Positions 28,025 to 41,015 of a stretch of DNA of 64,000 nt are shown here, piece after piece. A model generated the notes under the pieces. It was not told the DNA's origin, did no database searches, and saw only the letters and a list, made by a program, of their open reading frames with translations. The stretch's first letter is position 1. Each line of letters opens with the position of its first letter. Source of the stretch: Cirrosporium novae-zelandiae (taxonomy: Eukaryota); NCBI GenBank assembly GCA_026023565.1, contig JAPETS010000011.1, positions 496,001 to 560,000 of the forward strand, given 5' to 3'. The translations under genes were made by a program, and so were the position numbers.

Positions 28025-30727
28025 GGATGAAAACGAGGATGAGGAAAAACGTATAAACTAGTTGACGAAAATGTACCGAACGATGATACCCCTGAGCCTG
28101 GAACGTCATCCTTATCTCTAGGCCTCTACAAGTCCCACCTTGGTTCTTCGCGAGCATGTGTCCTAACAACAGAGCCACCTTGAAACCAAATAATACAATA
28201 CCTGCATCCGTAGCTTGGGACCGAACGGCACCACCAGCCACGAATAATAAATGAATAACTAAGGTAAGAAATGCTACATTATCAAGACATCTTCCCTGGA
28301 GGAGGACAAGAAAAAGATGATACCCACCGATTGAACAAGAGCGACAGAAGTAACTACTGCAAATATTACCCTGCAGTTCAGTCGTTTTCATATCGACGAC
28401 GCCCTTGATGAAGATCGATCCTGACTATGTATGTCACCCAGCTACAAGTTTATACCATTTGAACAGAGAAATAAGATACCAGGAATATTTTCGTCCTTTT
28501 TTATTTTTTAAAACATTCTCTATCGTACTGTAACTTGACCCAAAACGCGTCATATGCTTGTGAATGAATGTGAGACTTTAATTTGATTTATGTTGTTGAC
28601 CATAACCCAACTTCTTCCCCTTTCATAATAAGGATTTATTCTTCTCGTCGAAAGAATAATATTTGATTATCTGTCAACTCGCGACGAGTTCACGAGCTAA
28701 CATTCTAGGACTTGGAAGATAGATATTCGTATAATCTCTCTCCCAGAGGCTATCGATATATGTACTCCGTGGAGATGAAGCTAGCAACAAAAGCGATTAC
28801 TATGTTAATACCCATCAAGAATCACCATACCGCTATATATCTACCCTTTGTAGAATTCTCAATTTCGTTCTTCATTAGATCCCCCACCATCAAGTATATC
28901 ACCCTCTTCCCCATGACCATGACCATCATCCCCTCAACCAGTAACAAAAACAGCCATACTAAACCCTCATTCATAACATCCCCACCCGACCCCATTTCAT
29001 CCCCAACGAATCAATAGCCAGCCAATGTGATCAACACAAAGATCGAACAAATTCACATCATTAAAATAAATAAATAATCGATCTGACATACTTATGTCCC
29101 GTATCGCGGGAATCCAAGAGCAGGAACCTCCCTATGGTACATGTACATGTACAGTAGCTTCTCCAAACCACCCTTGGGGGGATGTAGTTCTCTTAGGATT
29201 GAGAGAACCTCCCCGTAGCTTTTGTTATTTTTGTCTCTTAGTTGTGATTGTACGTACCTTAATTCAACCTATTTATTTCATGAACATTGATATCATCCAC
29301 TCCAATCGTTCCAGCTACGGCGCATACCCTCGATAATTCTATGGATCTCCATCATTGGACCTCAATGGAACCTGCATCTCCACCCTCTCTCCCCTCTATA
29401 CTGTATCCATCTCTTCTCGCTTCTCTCATAGATAGATAGACAGGCAAACCCCAAACCCTTAACCACGGGTGAAGCAGCAACGAGTTATTACATCCTATTC
29501 TATAGGAATTCATTGCTCTATATCCCATCGAGTTTCCGAGATGCTTCTCATATAAAGATCGTTCACGGTGTAGACGGTTTCGTGAGCAGAGAGAAGGGGA
29601 CCCATGTAGCCAAAGGAAATAGCACTAAAAGAAGCATATAAATGATGGTGAGTATCGACAAGCTAGCACGACACCTGGACAAATGCCATCCGTGACTGTC
29701 CTGATTCGAACAATAGGTGTAGTATTATCCATGAAGTGTTTGGTACGTGAAGTGTCGAAGGAAGATCTTAGACCAAAAGTTCAACCGCTTTAGCCTCAAT
29801 TCTTTGAGCTTGTACCATAGTGAGATACTTTCGTTATTGACCTTGTGGTGGAAATTTATGATAAATTTGATGAAATCTTTGTGAGAAATATTTTTGGGTA
29901 TTAATTGGTGCTTATCAACCGTAGCGAGGATGGAACTTAACTTGTGCTGTATATGGCCTCAAAAATCTAAGAACTGCTTTGGCAATGTCCTATCTCTGTA
30001 GCTCTTATGTCCTAACGAGATAAAATTTCTAGAACGCATAGGATAAAGTTTATTTAGGTATTGGTTTGATATAGATATATCCGATCATAGATCTAAACGA
30101 GATGCACCCCTGGCTTCTCTGTAACGATGATTTAGTGGCCTCGGGTGGCTTAGTGTGTGAAGGAAGATATGTGAGAGCTGTCCTGTTTTGTAATTAGCTA
30201 TAGCTGAGGGGTAAGATTGTTTAAGTCTTTAATCCCTAGCTCTGATTCAAGATACTATAGAACGGCTGCCCTTTCTAAGGACATGCGTGATTGACCTGGA
30301 AGTTATGTTTTCATTGTGATATTGTGTGTCGGGTCTGTTGATGATGTGAGTTTAGACTGCTGGTTTGAGGTAATCTAGAGCTCATCTTCTGCAGCAAATG
30401 GAGGTTGATTCATAGCCTGAACAAGCGCTATTGACACTCCAGGTAGCGGGTTTGAAGAGAGGGACTGCTATCCCGTATCAGCATTTGGTTACACAGAAAC
30501 TGTTGATCGGCTGCTAGGATCTAAAAATATTCAGCCCCGCAGCGACGATTGACTTCAATGTCCAACTGCCAATCAACAGTAAATACTTGAAAATGCAAGG
30601 CTGAGGACTCAGGTCACACGATATTAAGACAATACCTCCCTCTCGCCTGAAACTTTGCATCCCACTCTTTTCATCTTAGTATCTCATCGCTCATATCGCA
30701 AATTACGTTTAATATCGCACCATTGCC

Positions 30728-32760
30728 ATGGCAGTTTTGGCACTTCTTACGACGGCCTTAAGTTTTTATTTTATATGGGCTCTAGTTCTATCCGATAGTC
30801 TTTTCCACCGAGTCTAGAGCCTCGCGTTGCTTTCCCTTCTATTCCTGAGCACTACGATATATACCCAGCCGATATCCTCTTATACTATATTCTTTTCCAT
30901 CCCTTGCGCTTCTAGACTTTGCACTATGTGCTTCTCTATCTCCTTTGCAAGGGTTCCTATACAGGTTCAAACCTATAGATCGAGATTACGAAGCTCTTAA
31001 AACAATTTACCCCACTGATAATAACCCTGAAGGCTGTCAAGGTTCTCAAGAACCTATTTATATTGAGTTCGTGCTATCCTTGCATTTCAATATTGTTTCG
31101 ATAACCAATTGTCTCGTTAGTATTGTCGCTGTTCATGGTCTTGCATCGAACCCCAAGACCACTTGGGAATCGCGCAGACAATCCAAAAGTGGAAGTGTAA
31201 AAGTCTCCCCAACTCAGACTATGTGGTTCCGTGACTTCTTGCCAAAAGAAAACCTAAATGCCCGTATCATGACCTTTAATCATAATACATCGTGGGAGGC
31301 GAACGCGCTTAGAAAATCGTTATACGATCATGCAAATGACTTGCTAAGCGAACTTCAAGATAAATCAAAGGTATGAAATAGTTACCTTGGAGCATTGCTC
31401 GATAATTTCAAGTAGTACTAACCATAGTTAGGGCACAAACCAACCGATTATTTTTATCGGCCACAGTTTCGGGGGCTTGATAATCAAGCAGGTGAGGTCG
31501 AGTCTTGCAATGGTGACTGTGTATTATTAACAGGATAAGGCCCTGGTAAATGCAGGCAGAGCCGACGCTGACGACTGTGCTCGTAACATCCGCTAATGAG
31601 CGCAAGGCTTTCTTTTCCTGGGCACCTCACATAACGGCACTAAACTCACCGCTGTTGGAAAGATGGTCTCTCTTCTTGGGTACTGGAAAGGGTCAAGCAC
31701 CAGCCTTCTTGAGCTTTTCGAGCCCGGGTCGACCATCAACGAGGAACTTCACAATGACTTCATGAAGTTTCTGGCGAAGGACAACATAATTGAACGTACT
31801 ATATGTATTTTGGAAAGTGTAAAAGAATCATTGTACGGCTTCCCATTCATGCATGTAAGTGTGCCATTCTGGAATTTGGCGTGGAGAAACTCATTATATG
31901 TCGTGAACTTCAGGCGGTGGAACGGGATTCGGCGACCATACCCGGATCGCAGAAAATTGCTTTCGCGAAGAGTCATCGGAGTATACAGAGATTTACTTCT
32001 CAAGACGACAGTGACTACAAACGTATTCTCATCCGGCTAAAAGAATGGGCAGATGAGGCCAAACAAAAAATTCTAGGTGAGTGCTCATGACGAACCCGTA
32101 CCACCTAGTATCTCAGCGAGATACTTCTTGGACCAGGGCTAACGACCAGGTTCTAATAGCACGACAGAATGAATTGGCGCAACAGAAGACGCAGGAACAG
32201 CAAAGTTAGATCTTACTATATAAATATATTTCATTTAGTGCTGATTTTGAGGAAAGCCTGCCTGAGGTCTTTACATTTTCCAGAAATGGATCTAAGAGCG
32301 AATGGTATGAAATATATAGCACCTGGAACATGTTCATGGCTGTTGGACAGTGACAAATACAAAATTTGGCTTTAGTCATCTAAGAGATTTCTCTGGATCA
32401 AAGGACACCCTGGTACAGGGAAGTCGACGCTTCTTAAATATGCTTTTAAGAACGCTAAGCAATCACGATCTCAGAATAAGGATGTCGTGGCTTCGTTTTT
32501 CTTTCACGGTCGCGGTGCCCCCATCCAGAAAAGCTCTCTTGGCCTGTTCCGCTCGCTTCTGCACCAGATCTCTGACGAAGCCCCCGATCTTCTTGCCGAA
32601 ATTGCTTTCAAATACAAGAAAAAATGCGAGACGCAGAGTGAGAAGTGGGAGTGGCATGAGACAAAGCTATGAGACATATTGGAGAATTTCAATCCGCTCC
32701 CCTCAAGGGTACACCCGATACGAATCTATATAGATGCGCTTGACGAATGTGAGGGTAAAG
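30728..32760 (+). pseudogene. NLR-like pseudogene: alpha/beta-hydrolase (SesB/PGAP1-like lipase) plus truncated NACHT
   Basis: IVAVHGL, WFRDFLP and IFIGHSFGGLIIKQ (GxSxG). Walker A LWIKGHPGTGKSTL (GHPGTGKS at 32403-32426), FFFHGRG and Walker B IYIDALDEC (~32724-32750). In-frame TAG at 32373 and TGA at 32670. Homology stops right after Walker B. Confidence 0.85.
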
Positions 32761-32973
32761 GATCGGTCGGAGGGAATTAGGTTTCACGATACACTAGCTG
32801 CATATTCCCATGCGGAAGGTTCTCGGCCCGCAGCCCCACATCAATCCTGCCGAAGGATGCCACGTGGCCGGGTGGACTATGGAGATCATGCGCACGGTTC
32901 TACGGTTCTCGCCATGATCCCCATCTCTCTATAATTGTATATTTAATATGATGCATGACTGCCCAGCGTAGAA

Positions 32974-35900
32974 ATGGTTTCTGGCCCCAGTCGAAAAGAC
33001 GTTACTGTGATGAATACTCACCAGAAAAGAACCTACCTTGTCTACAGTCGTGGCTTGATGCCTGAAGACTTAAGGATTGGAAGTCTCTATGTTAATCCTG
33101 CAAATCCTTTAGACGGGGAACGAAAGCGTTTTGTGTGCCCTCTAAAGTCAGTATCACTCAAGGGAAGGAATCTACATATACTCAGTCTCATCGTAACCCG
33201 GAGGATAAAATAAATGATCCAGACGATCTAGTTGGAACGCAGAGCCAGTTAGGAGAACTACTCTGGATACGATTGGAGGTGCTCGGAACGTTGTTCCCAG
33301 CACGATTTATGAGAACTTCGGCAATAGGTGATATAAATAAAACGATCGACGCTTTGGAAAACGCAGCGGCCGCCACGCCTTTTGACAATCCTAAACAAAT
33401 TGATCATCTAAATAGACTTGAAAATAGTCTTGAATTTCGATTTACAAAAACTAAAACAATAGCTGATATTAATCAAGCTATCGAAGCCACTGAAAAGATA
33501 GTGGCTGCTATGCCTTCTGATCACTCTAGTCGAATTGATCGTTTAAGCAAATTAGAGAATTGGCTTAAAATAAGATTTCAACAAACTAAAACAATAGATG
33601 ATCTCAATTAAGCTATCGACGTTACTGAAAAAATAGTGACAGCCACATCTTCCAACGACCCTGATCTAGTTGACCGGTTAAGCAAACTTGAAAATTGGTT
33701 ATATATACGATTTCAGCAGATTAAGAAAGTCGATGACCTCAATCGGGCGATCGATATGACTAAAGAGATAATAGCCACTATGCCTGATGACCACCCTGAT
33801 CGAGCTGATCGATTGAGTACGCTTGGGGATCGGCTCGGAAAACGATTTGAAGAGACTAAAATAATAGATGATATTAATCAAGCGGTTGACGTTACTGAAA
33901 AAGTACTAACCGCCACACCTTCTGACCACTACAATCGAGCTCATCGGTTAAACAATTTTACAAGACTGCTCTATGAGCGGTATAGTGAGACTGGATTAAT
34001 GAGAGATCTGAATCAAGCTATTGAAAATGTCGCTATCATGATGAAAGACTTTATTTCCAAGTTGGGACATACCAATCAACCTCTTGCATACAGAAATTCT
34101 GGGACTATATTCATGGCGCGATTTGAACGGACTGGATCAATAACAGAGCTGAACCGAAGCCTTGAACTTAATGAAAAAGGAGTACAACTCAGTGGTCCTG
34201 ATCATCCTGATCGAACTGATTTTTTACAGAGCGTTGCTGATTGTCTCGGTCGACGATTTAACTTAATGAAATCAACAGAGGATTTAAATCGAGCCCTTGA
34301 AATTTCTAAAATGGTAGTTGATGCTACGCCTTTAACTCATCCTGATCGAGCCCGCCGGTTAGACAGAGTTGGAATGTGGCTCATGGAACGATTCAAGTAG
34401 ATAAAATCAATAGATAATTTGAACGAAGCTACCGAAAATATGGATATGACATTGAAAGCCGCTTCTACTGATTTCTCACACAACGTCGAGGTGGTATCTA
34501 ATGTTGCAACTCGGTTTTACGATCGATTTAATCAAACCAAATCAACGGAAGATCTGAATAAAGGTATTGAACTTTGCCAAAAAGCAATAGAAATGACTCC
34601 TTTTGATCATCCCCGTCGACCTGGCGAATTATGTAATCTTGGGTGCATGTTTACCGAACGATTTGAATGGAGTAACTCAATGAAAGATCTGGACCAGGCT
34701 ATCAAATTAATTGATATGGCAATAGAAGCCGCTCTTCCTGACTACCCTGATTGAGCTAAATGGTTACATAATCTTGGAGTATGTTTGAGAATACGGTTCG
34801 ACCAGACTCAATCAATAGAAGACTGGAACCGCGGCTTGTCTTGTGTTGAAGAAGGCTGGAATTGTCAGAACGCTCCTACGACCGTTCGTATTAAACTTGC
34901 TTAGTAGATAGCCGCCCTTTTCGGCGTACAGTTAAACTGGGAAAAATCATATTCGTTTCTCCAGACCGCTGTAGAACTTCTTCCAGCTATTAGCCCACGA
35001 TCGTTGCAGCATACCGATAAACAGAATGTGCTCGCAGAATTTGCTGGTTTGGCTTCTACGGCCGCGGCCACCGCTATAAATGCAAGGAAGGAGGCGCACC
35101 ATGCGTTGGAGCTCCTCGAACTCGGTCGTGGTGTCATTGCGGGTCTTCTATTAGAAACGCGCACAGATATTTCTGATCTTACACAGCAATACCCTGAGTT
35201 AGGAAAGGAATTTACATCCCTTCGAGATGAGCTAGACTTGCCTGCTAGCAAAGTAGATCAACGTCTCAAAGCGGACCAAAGGTTTAAGGAAGCAATTCAG
35301 TTAATTCGTGCTAAACCGGAATTCGAGAGCTTCCTTCTTCCGCCGACTGCAGGTCAAATGATGGCCGCTGCAGATCCAAGCCCTATAATCGTTATACATT
35401 TAAGTCACTATCGTTGTGATGCGTTCATCATCGAGAAGAATCGGATGAGGGCGTTGGAACTGCCCAATCTGAGACTTGAAGAAGTCAATAAAAGGGCTGA
35501 ACTATTGAAATTAGATCAACTCTCCCAAGTATCCTCTTACGGTATAACATTGACGTTTGAATGGCTCTGGGATGTCGTTGCACGTCCCTGTCTAGAAGCG
35601 CTAGGCTTCAAACAATCACCTTTGGGTGATAACTTGCCACACGTGTGGTGGATCCCTACTGGACCCCTTAGCTACTTACCGCTTCATGCCGCAGGGAAGT
35701 ATGTTGACGGTGGTACTGAGACAGTACTTGATAGGGTGATGTTCTCCTACAGCTCGTCTGTCAAAGCACTCATATACGGACGCCAGCATAGAGTTCACAA
35801 GTCCGCTACCCCTTCGCATGAGCATGCCCTTCTAGTTTCCATGCAAGAGACGTCGGGCCAGTCGACACTCTCGTTTGCCGGAGACGAAGTTGCTATGCTA

Positions 35901-36704
35901 GACAAGCTTTGCCCATCGCTGCACTTAGAACCAGTCAAGCCGCCGCCACGGAAAGAAGACGTGCTAAAGCACTTGCGAACGTGTAAAATATTCCATTTCG
36001 CTGGCCATGGAAAGTCAGACCCTATGGAGCCTTCACAAAGTTATTTACTCCTCGAAGATTGGGAAAAAGACCCTTTGACTGTAGCAAATCTCCGCGACCA
36101 AACGCTCCAAGAGAACGCACCGTTTCTCGGCTATCTTTCTGCTTGTTCGACCGGCGCGAACGAAGCAGAGGGCCTTACTGATGAAGGAATTCATCTAATT
36201 AGCGCCTGCCAGCTTGCAGGGTTTCGGCATGTTGTCGGAACGCTCTGGGGAGTGTCTGATAAGTACTGCGTTGATGTGGCGAGGGTCCTGTACGAGACTA
36301 TTGAGAAGGAAGGTATGACCGACCAGGCAATTTATAGGGAATATCATCTGGCCGTTAAGAAACTTCGAGACAAGAGCCGCCTGGCAAGCAGTGTCGGCAT
36401 CGGTAGAGCAACTGCTGTCCATCACGATTCGACTGAAGCTGCAAAAATGGATGAAAATAAGGTTGAGATAATGCAGGGCAGCGATTTGTCTGGACCAACG
36501 AAAGAGGAAAACGTTCAGTATATGACGAAGGAGCAGGATATTGTGTCTGTGACGCCAAAACAGATAGATGGGCAGCCAGTTTGTAAGAAAGAGGTTGAAG
36601 TAGGGAACGACAATAGAAGCAATGATGCAAATACTAGTTACACTAGGACTGAGAGAAAGACTGAAGGAGACGAGGAGGAGACCCGAAAGACCAAAGTGGC
36701 CTAA
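32974..36704 (+). pseudogene. TPR-repeat + CHAT (caspase HetF-associated) protease gene with premature stops
   Basis: ~45-aa TPR-like repeats (DLNxAI...PxDHPDR...L..L..RF). CHAT motifs WLWD, WWIPTGPLSYLPLHAAG, FHFAGHG (His), LSACSTG (Cys) and LAGFRHVVGTLW. ORFs starting at 33135, 33636, 34419 and 35004 share one frame and are separated by stops. Confidence 0.88.
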
Positions 36705-37647
36705 ACATACTCACAGGGTGCTAGTATTTTGAGCCTTTAGTCGTATGTATCTGAACGAGGCATTGTTGAGGGAGAAAGGGGGAGGAGTGGTACGGATTAA
36801 GGTAACGTTTGTATGGTTTGTATGGTTTGCATGTTTGCTTAGTTTGTTTAACTGGAGTGAACGAACAGTCCGAGGCCTGAAGGCACCGACCCCCCTGGAA
36901 GATTTACTAACCTTATCTTATCATCCTTAAACAAACCTCCAACTCACAGACTACCCCTCCTTACAAATTTAAATTCTCAGCCTTTTCATAAAATCGTTGT
37001 TCTCTTCTGTCAGACGATGGTCTAGGATGAAGAAGATAATACACCAACGAGATGGGCATCTCCCTTTCTCGGCATCGTTAAAAAAAACGACTAGTCTGTG
37101 TCTGTGTGTCGCCATTCAAAAATCCATCCCACCAAGCTGACCGACTTACTTTATGGAGGATTTCCGAGCCTTATGTCCCCTGCTCCTTTAGTTTCTCAGG
37201 ATTATTGATTTTTCCTAAATTGATCGAATACAACTAGGATTATTGAAGCCAGATACTCCGTTTTTGGGGATGATTTGATGCCTCGATGTTCTGCTGCATG
37301 ATGATGTTGATTATCAAGATATTTGTGTGCAAGGCTGAGCTACCCTCCATAAGCATGGTATAGCCAGCAACATTAATTTAGGAAAGCCTACGAATCTTCT
37401 AGTCTTGAGTGCACATGTCGGTAGGCTACTTTTGTATCTCGCCTGATCAAACACATTTTTTTATTTGATCATATTAACGTCTACTTACCTATACGACGAC
37501 ACTATGTTGCAGCCTTTTTTACATATTTCGATTGCTCTTACATCCATTGACCCAATTCTTATCAAGGAGCACCAACCTGGCCTCAAGGGATTTGGACCAA
37601 CATACTAGTTGATTTTGTGGACCCACGCAGTAAATGTAAGACAACTA

Positions 37648-40482
37648 CTACTTCCCCGATGCTTCGTTATCTCCCCTCCGTGCCATCGTCAACTTCTCCA
37701 ACTGGCCCTGGAACTCCTTCGTCAAAGCCGTGACTCGCTTGAAGTGCTCTCGCGTGATGTTTCTTCCATTTCCCTCGCTGCATGCTAACGCATGTGCCGT
37801 GCTGACCACATTCCGGATCTGCCGGCCGTTGAGTTGATAGTCGCTGCCAGTCTCCTCGATCCAATTCTTGATATTTTTCCGCTCCCCCAGATTATCGAAC
37901 TCGAGGGCGTCGAGGAAATAGTTGAAGATGCTGATCTTGTCCTCCTGTTTCAGGTCGTCGTAACGGATAGCTAGATGGATACGTGACTGGACTGCAATGT
38001 CTAGAGAGTTGATGCGGTTGGTTGTCAAGATCATGATGCCTTGATAGTACTCGAGGACTCGAAGAAGGACTGCGATGTTATGCTTAGTGCTATTGGCATA
38101 CCTCAATTATTTACGAAGAGTCACCTGATATTAGGGCATTCCTGTTCGGATCTCCATATTGATTACGAGACTCCAGAAAGACATCAGCCTCGTCACTAAT
38201 GAGAATAATCAGACATCATCACGTGTTAAGACTCCGGAAACGCTTACACTAGAAGAATTGCTTCCCAAGCTCCGGCGAGAGCGAACATTCGATCAAGATT
38301 TCTCTCCGCATTCGACGCTGTCAGGCCAATCTCGGCAACACTTACAACCAACAGCGGCTTTCCCGTAGCTTCGGCGATCGTTTCAGCTGTGAGCTGTATA
38401 TCCAGTCAGCTTCATAGGCGTAAATCATCGATGCACTGCATCAGTTCAGATTTGTACGATACATACAGTCTTCCCGACACCAGGCGGACCTAGAAAATTG
38501 GTCAGTGCTCACAATTTCCATAAACAAGTGAATACATCCTACCATGTAGGAGCAAGACAAGACCTTGGCCTTTTCCCTTGACAACATCGCTCTTCCCTTT
38601 ATTGCTGCCGCCGCTATGGTTCTCCACTAGCGCCTTGACCATGATTTTATATTTCGCATCTAGTTGGAGATCCTTGTCAAATGCGGTGGCCTCTGGCTTT
38701 CCTTCAATAGCTTTCGCAGACTCAACCTTAAACTGCCCCCACATTTTTTCCCGTGTGGCATACCCAACAACTCGTGGTGGACATAGGAGGTATTTGTCTT
38801 CCTCTAGAACGCCGTAAAAGTCACCGGTCTTCTCGCTAGGGTCTTCGATATCTTCGGGGAACATGTTCCCGAGGGGCAGAGTTCCTGGGCCTAAACTCAT
38901 GTCAGTTTGCAATTTATTAAATAGAGACTTTTAGATTCGCTTTCACCGAATTGGCGGAACGCAGCGGCATCAATGATGACCCTTCCGGCGACCTATGTCA
39001 TTTTTAGAAGATTGAAGATCAAAAATGAGTGTAAGGAATTGACTGACTTTGAAAGGCTTTTGGACTGAATTATCGGTCGTAGTCGCATCGTGATTACTGT
39101 TATCGTCGCCATAAGATCCGGTCTGATTGTCATCATCGCCCTATTCAAAGGAAATAAATACCAAACATAATAACATGCTTCAGGAGTAGGTCCTTACCGT
39201 TTTGTTCATTCTAGTGATAGCGCCTCTTCCAAGTCTGCTCCAAAGGACTAGGTCGTCATAATCGAACATTTGTTTGGCACCTTTCTGGACTCTACAGAGG
39301 TCGTTAAACGTTTTTCCTCTATCGACGAGACTTGTTCGCAAGGGATTGGAAATTGCGTTCCCAATCGCATCCTTAGCATCAACGATCCCATCCTGATGAA
39401 ATTCAAAGGGATAGCATTCAAGAGCATTAATCATCTTTGTACCCTTGAACTTCTCAATCGGAAATTCGTACCAAACCTTAACCAGTTCCTTACCATTCCA
39501 GTCATATCCCCAGCAGTCCACAGTTTTGTTGTTTCCTGGGCCTGCTTCGGGGGGAAGTTCTACCTTGAAAACCTGAACAGTGTTCAAAAAAGGTTTCGCA
39601 ATGACCTCGGTTCCTGGGGCGAATATTGTCCACATTGTTTCATAAGTCGTAATTTTAGCCGTGTGGTTTGAATCTCGGGTTTTAAAATACGGCGTAAGTT
39701 CCTCAGTACGCTTGAGATGGCTGAGAAGCTGAGCGAGGTCCTCCCGCGTCTCTTTGAGTTTGGCGTCGTCATTGTCTTGGACAATCGTTTCCTCCATGAG
39801 CCTATCCCAATTGAATATAATGGGCGAGAATGGAGCAGTCATGTTTATGATCTGGCCCTCCCAACTCTGGCTAGGATATTCCTCTCCGATCATATTTTTC
39901 AGAAAGGTACGTAGCCCTTGCGCTTGGATATCTACCTCGGTGTACGCCAGTTTTGTAATGTCTCTTATTGACATGACCCGCCGAATTGTAAATGCAATTC
40001 CGGAGTTCTCTCCTGTCTCCGTGATGTCGCTAGGGCTAGAGGAATTCCCAACCTCTCTATCTTCCCGGGTGCCTGCATTCTCGTTCCAAGCAGAGATGAC
40101 ATTGCGGACCCTGGATTTGTTGGCTGGTTCAGAATGCTAGTAGAAATCAGAACATGTCATTTGGTGAAGGTGAGGGTATGTAAAATAGAACAATGCACCC
40201 TTACGTTGTTTGGTTTTACTTCAGGGCTCGTTTCTGGTCCGTTCTCAGTATTATGACCTTCCGAGTTATCTTTTGATTCATTCTGCACTGTCACACCGAT
40301 CGGAGTTTGGGACATATTTGAAAGTTCCTAATGTGAACAAAGAAGTTGGAACCACAAGGCTGGCTATTATAAGCTGGCCAACTTACAGCCTGGGCAGGTT
40401 TTTCTGTGTTGACCACTCGCTCCAGATCGGCGACTCTTTTCTCGAGAAGGGCTATGTACCGCTGCTCCAGAGTACTCTTCAT
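37648..40482 (-). CDS. Fungal AAA+ ATPase with long N-terminal domain, multi-exon
   Basis: KGKGQGLVLLLHG|PPGVGKT (Walker A split by an intron), ILLV|DEADVFLESR (Walker B) and LEYYQGIMILTTNR..D.AVQSRIHLAIRY, LNGRQIRNVV. The start codon is uncertain (40482 or upstream). Confidence 0.88.
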
Positions 40483-41015
40483 ACCTGGTAGAGTAGAAAT
40501 CTGTTTCTTCAATGAGCCATTGTGAATGTTCAACTAGCGGAGGATAGAATTACCAAATCATTTGCAAGCTTGGCTGCCATCTTTGCGATAATATCAAAGT
40601 AATGAAGACTTATGCGAAGATAGGGCCTCTCCATCAATTGGTCTCAATGGTCATTATCCGAGTATTTCTCCGAGCATTTATGCTTCAAAAATTTCCCTGC
40701 TACCAGGCTATGGACGGCAACGGCTTAAATAAATGTCAGCATATGTATTTTGCTGTTCAGGCTTCGGAAAGCTCTTTGCCGGGTTTCAAACCCCTCTCTA
40801 TTATTATCTTGTTTCTTTGCATAAGAGCAAGTAATAGTGGCTTCGGGGCTGCTTCCCCAAATGTCGTTAGTGCTTACCATATAGCACAGGGTGAGACGCA
40901 TTTTACTAGCGAGCATACACTCCCGTAGGATTCATCAGGTTCCAAGTAAGAGAACCATAAAGAACAGTAAGTTGATTGAAGCTGATTATGTTTTCAAACT
41001 GCCATCAGAATTCTG

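Noticed and set aside
27621..28391. 256-aa minus-strand ORF
   Set aside because: Largely antisense to dynactin p62, with no motifs.
33609..34907. Stop-codon recoding or A-to-I editing as the explanation for the in-frame stops
   Set aside because: All three stop types occur, and sister repeats have Gln or Arg rather than Trp at the alignable positions. C-to-T mutation is simpler.
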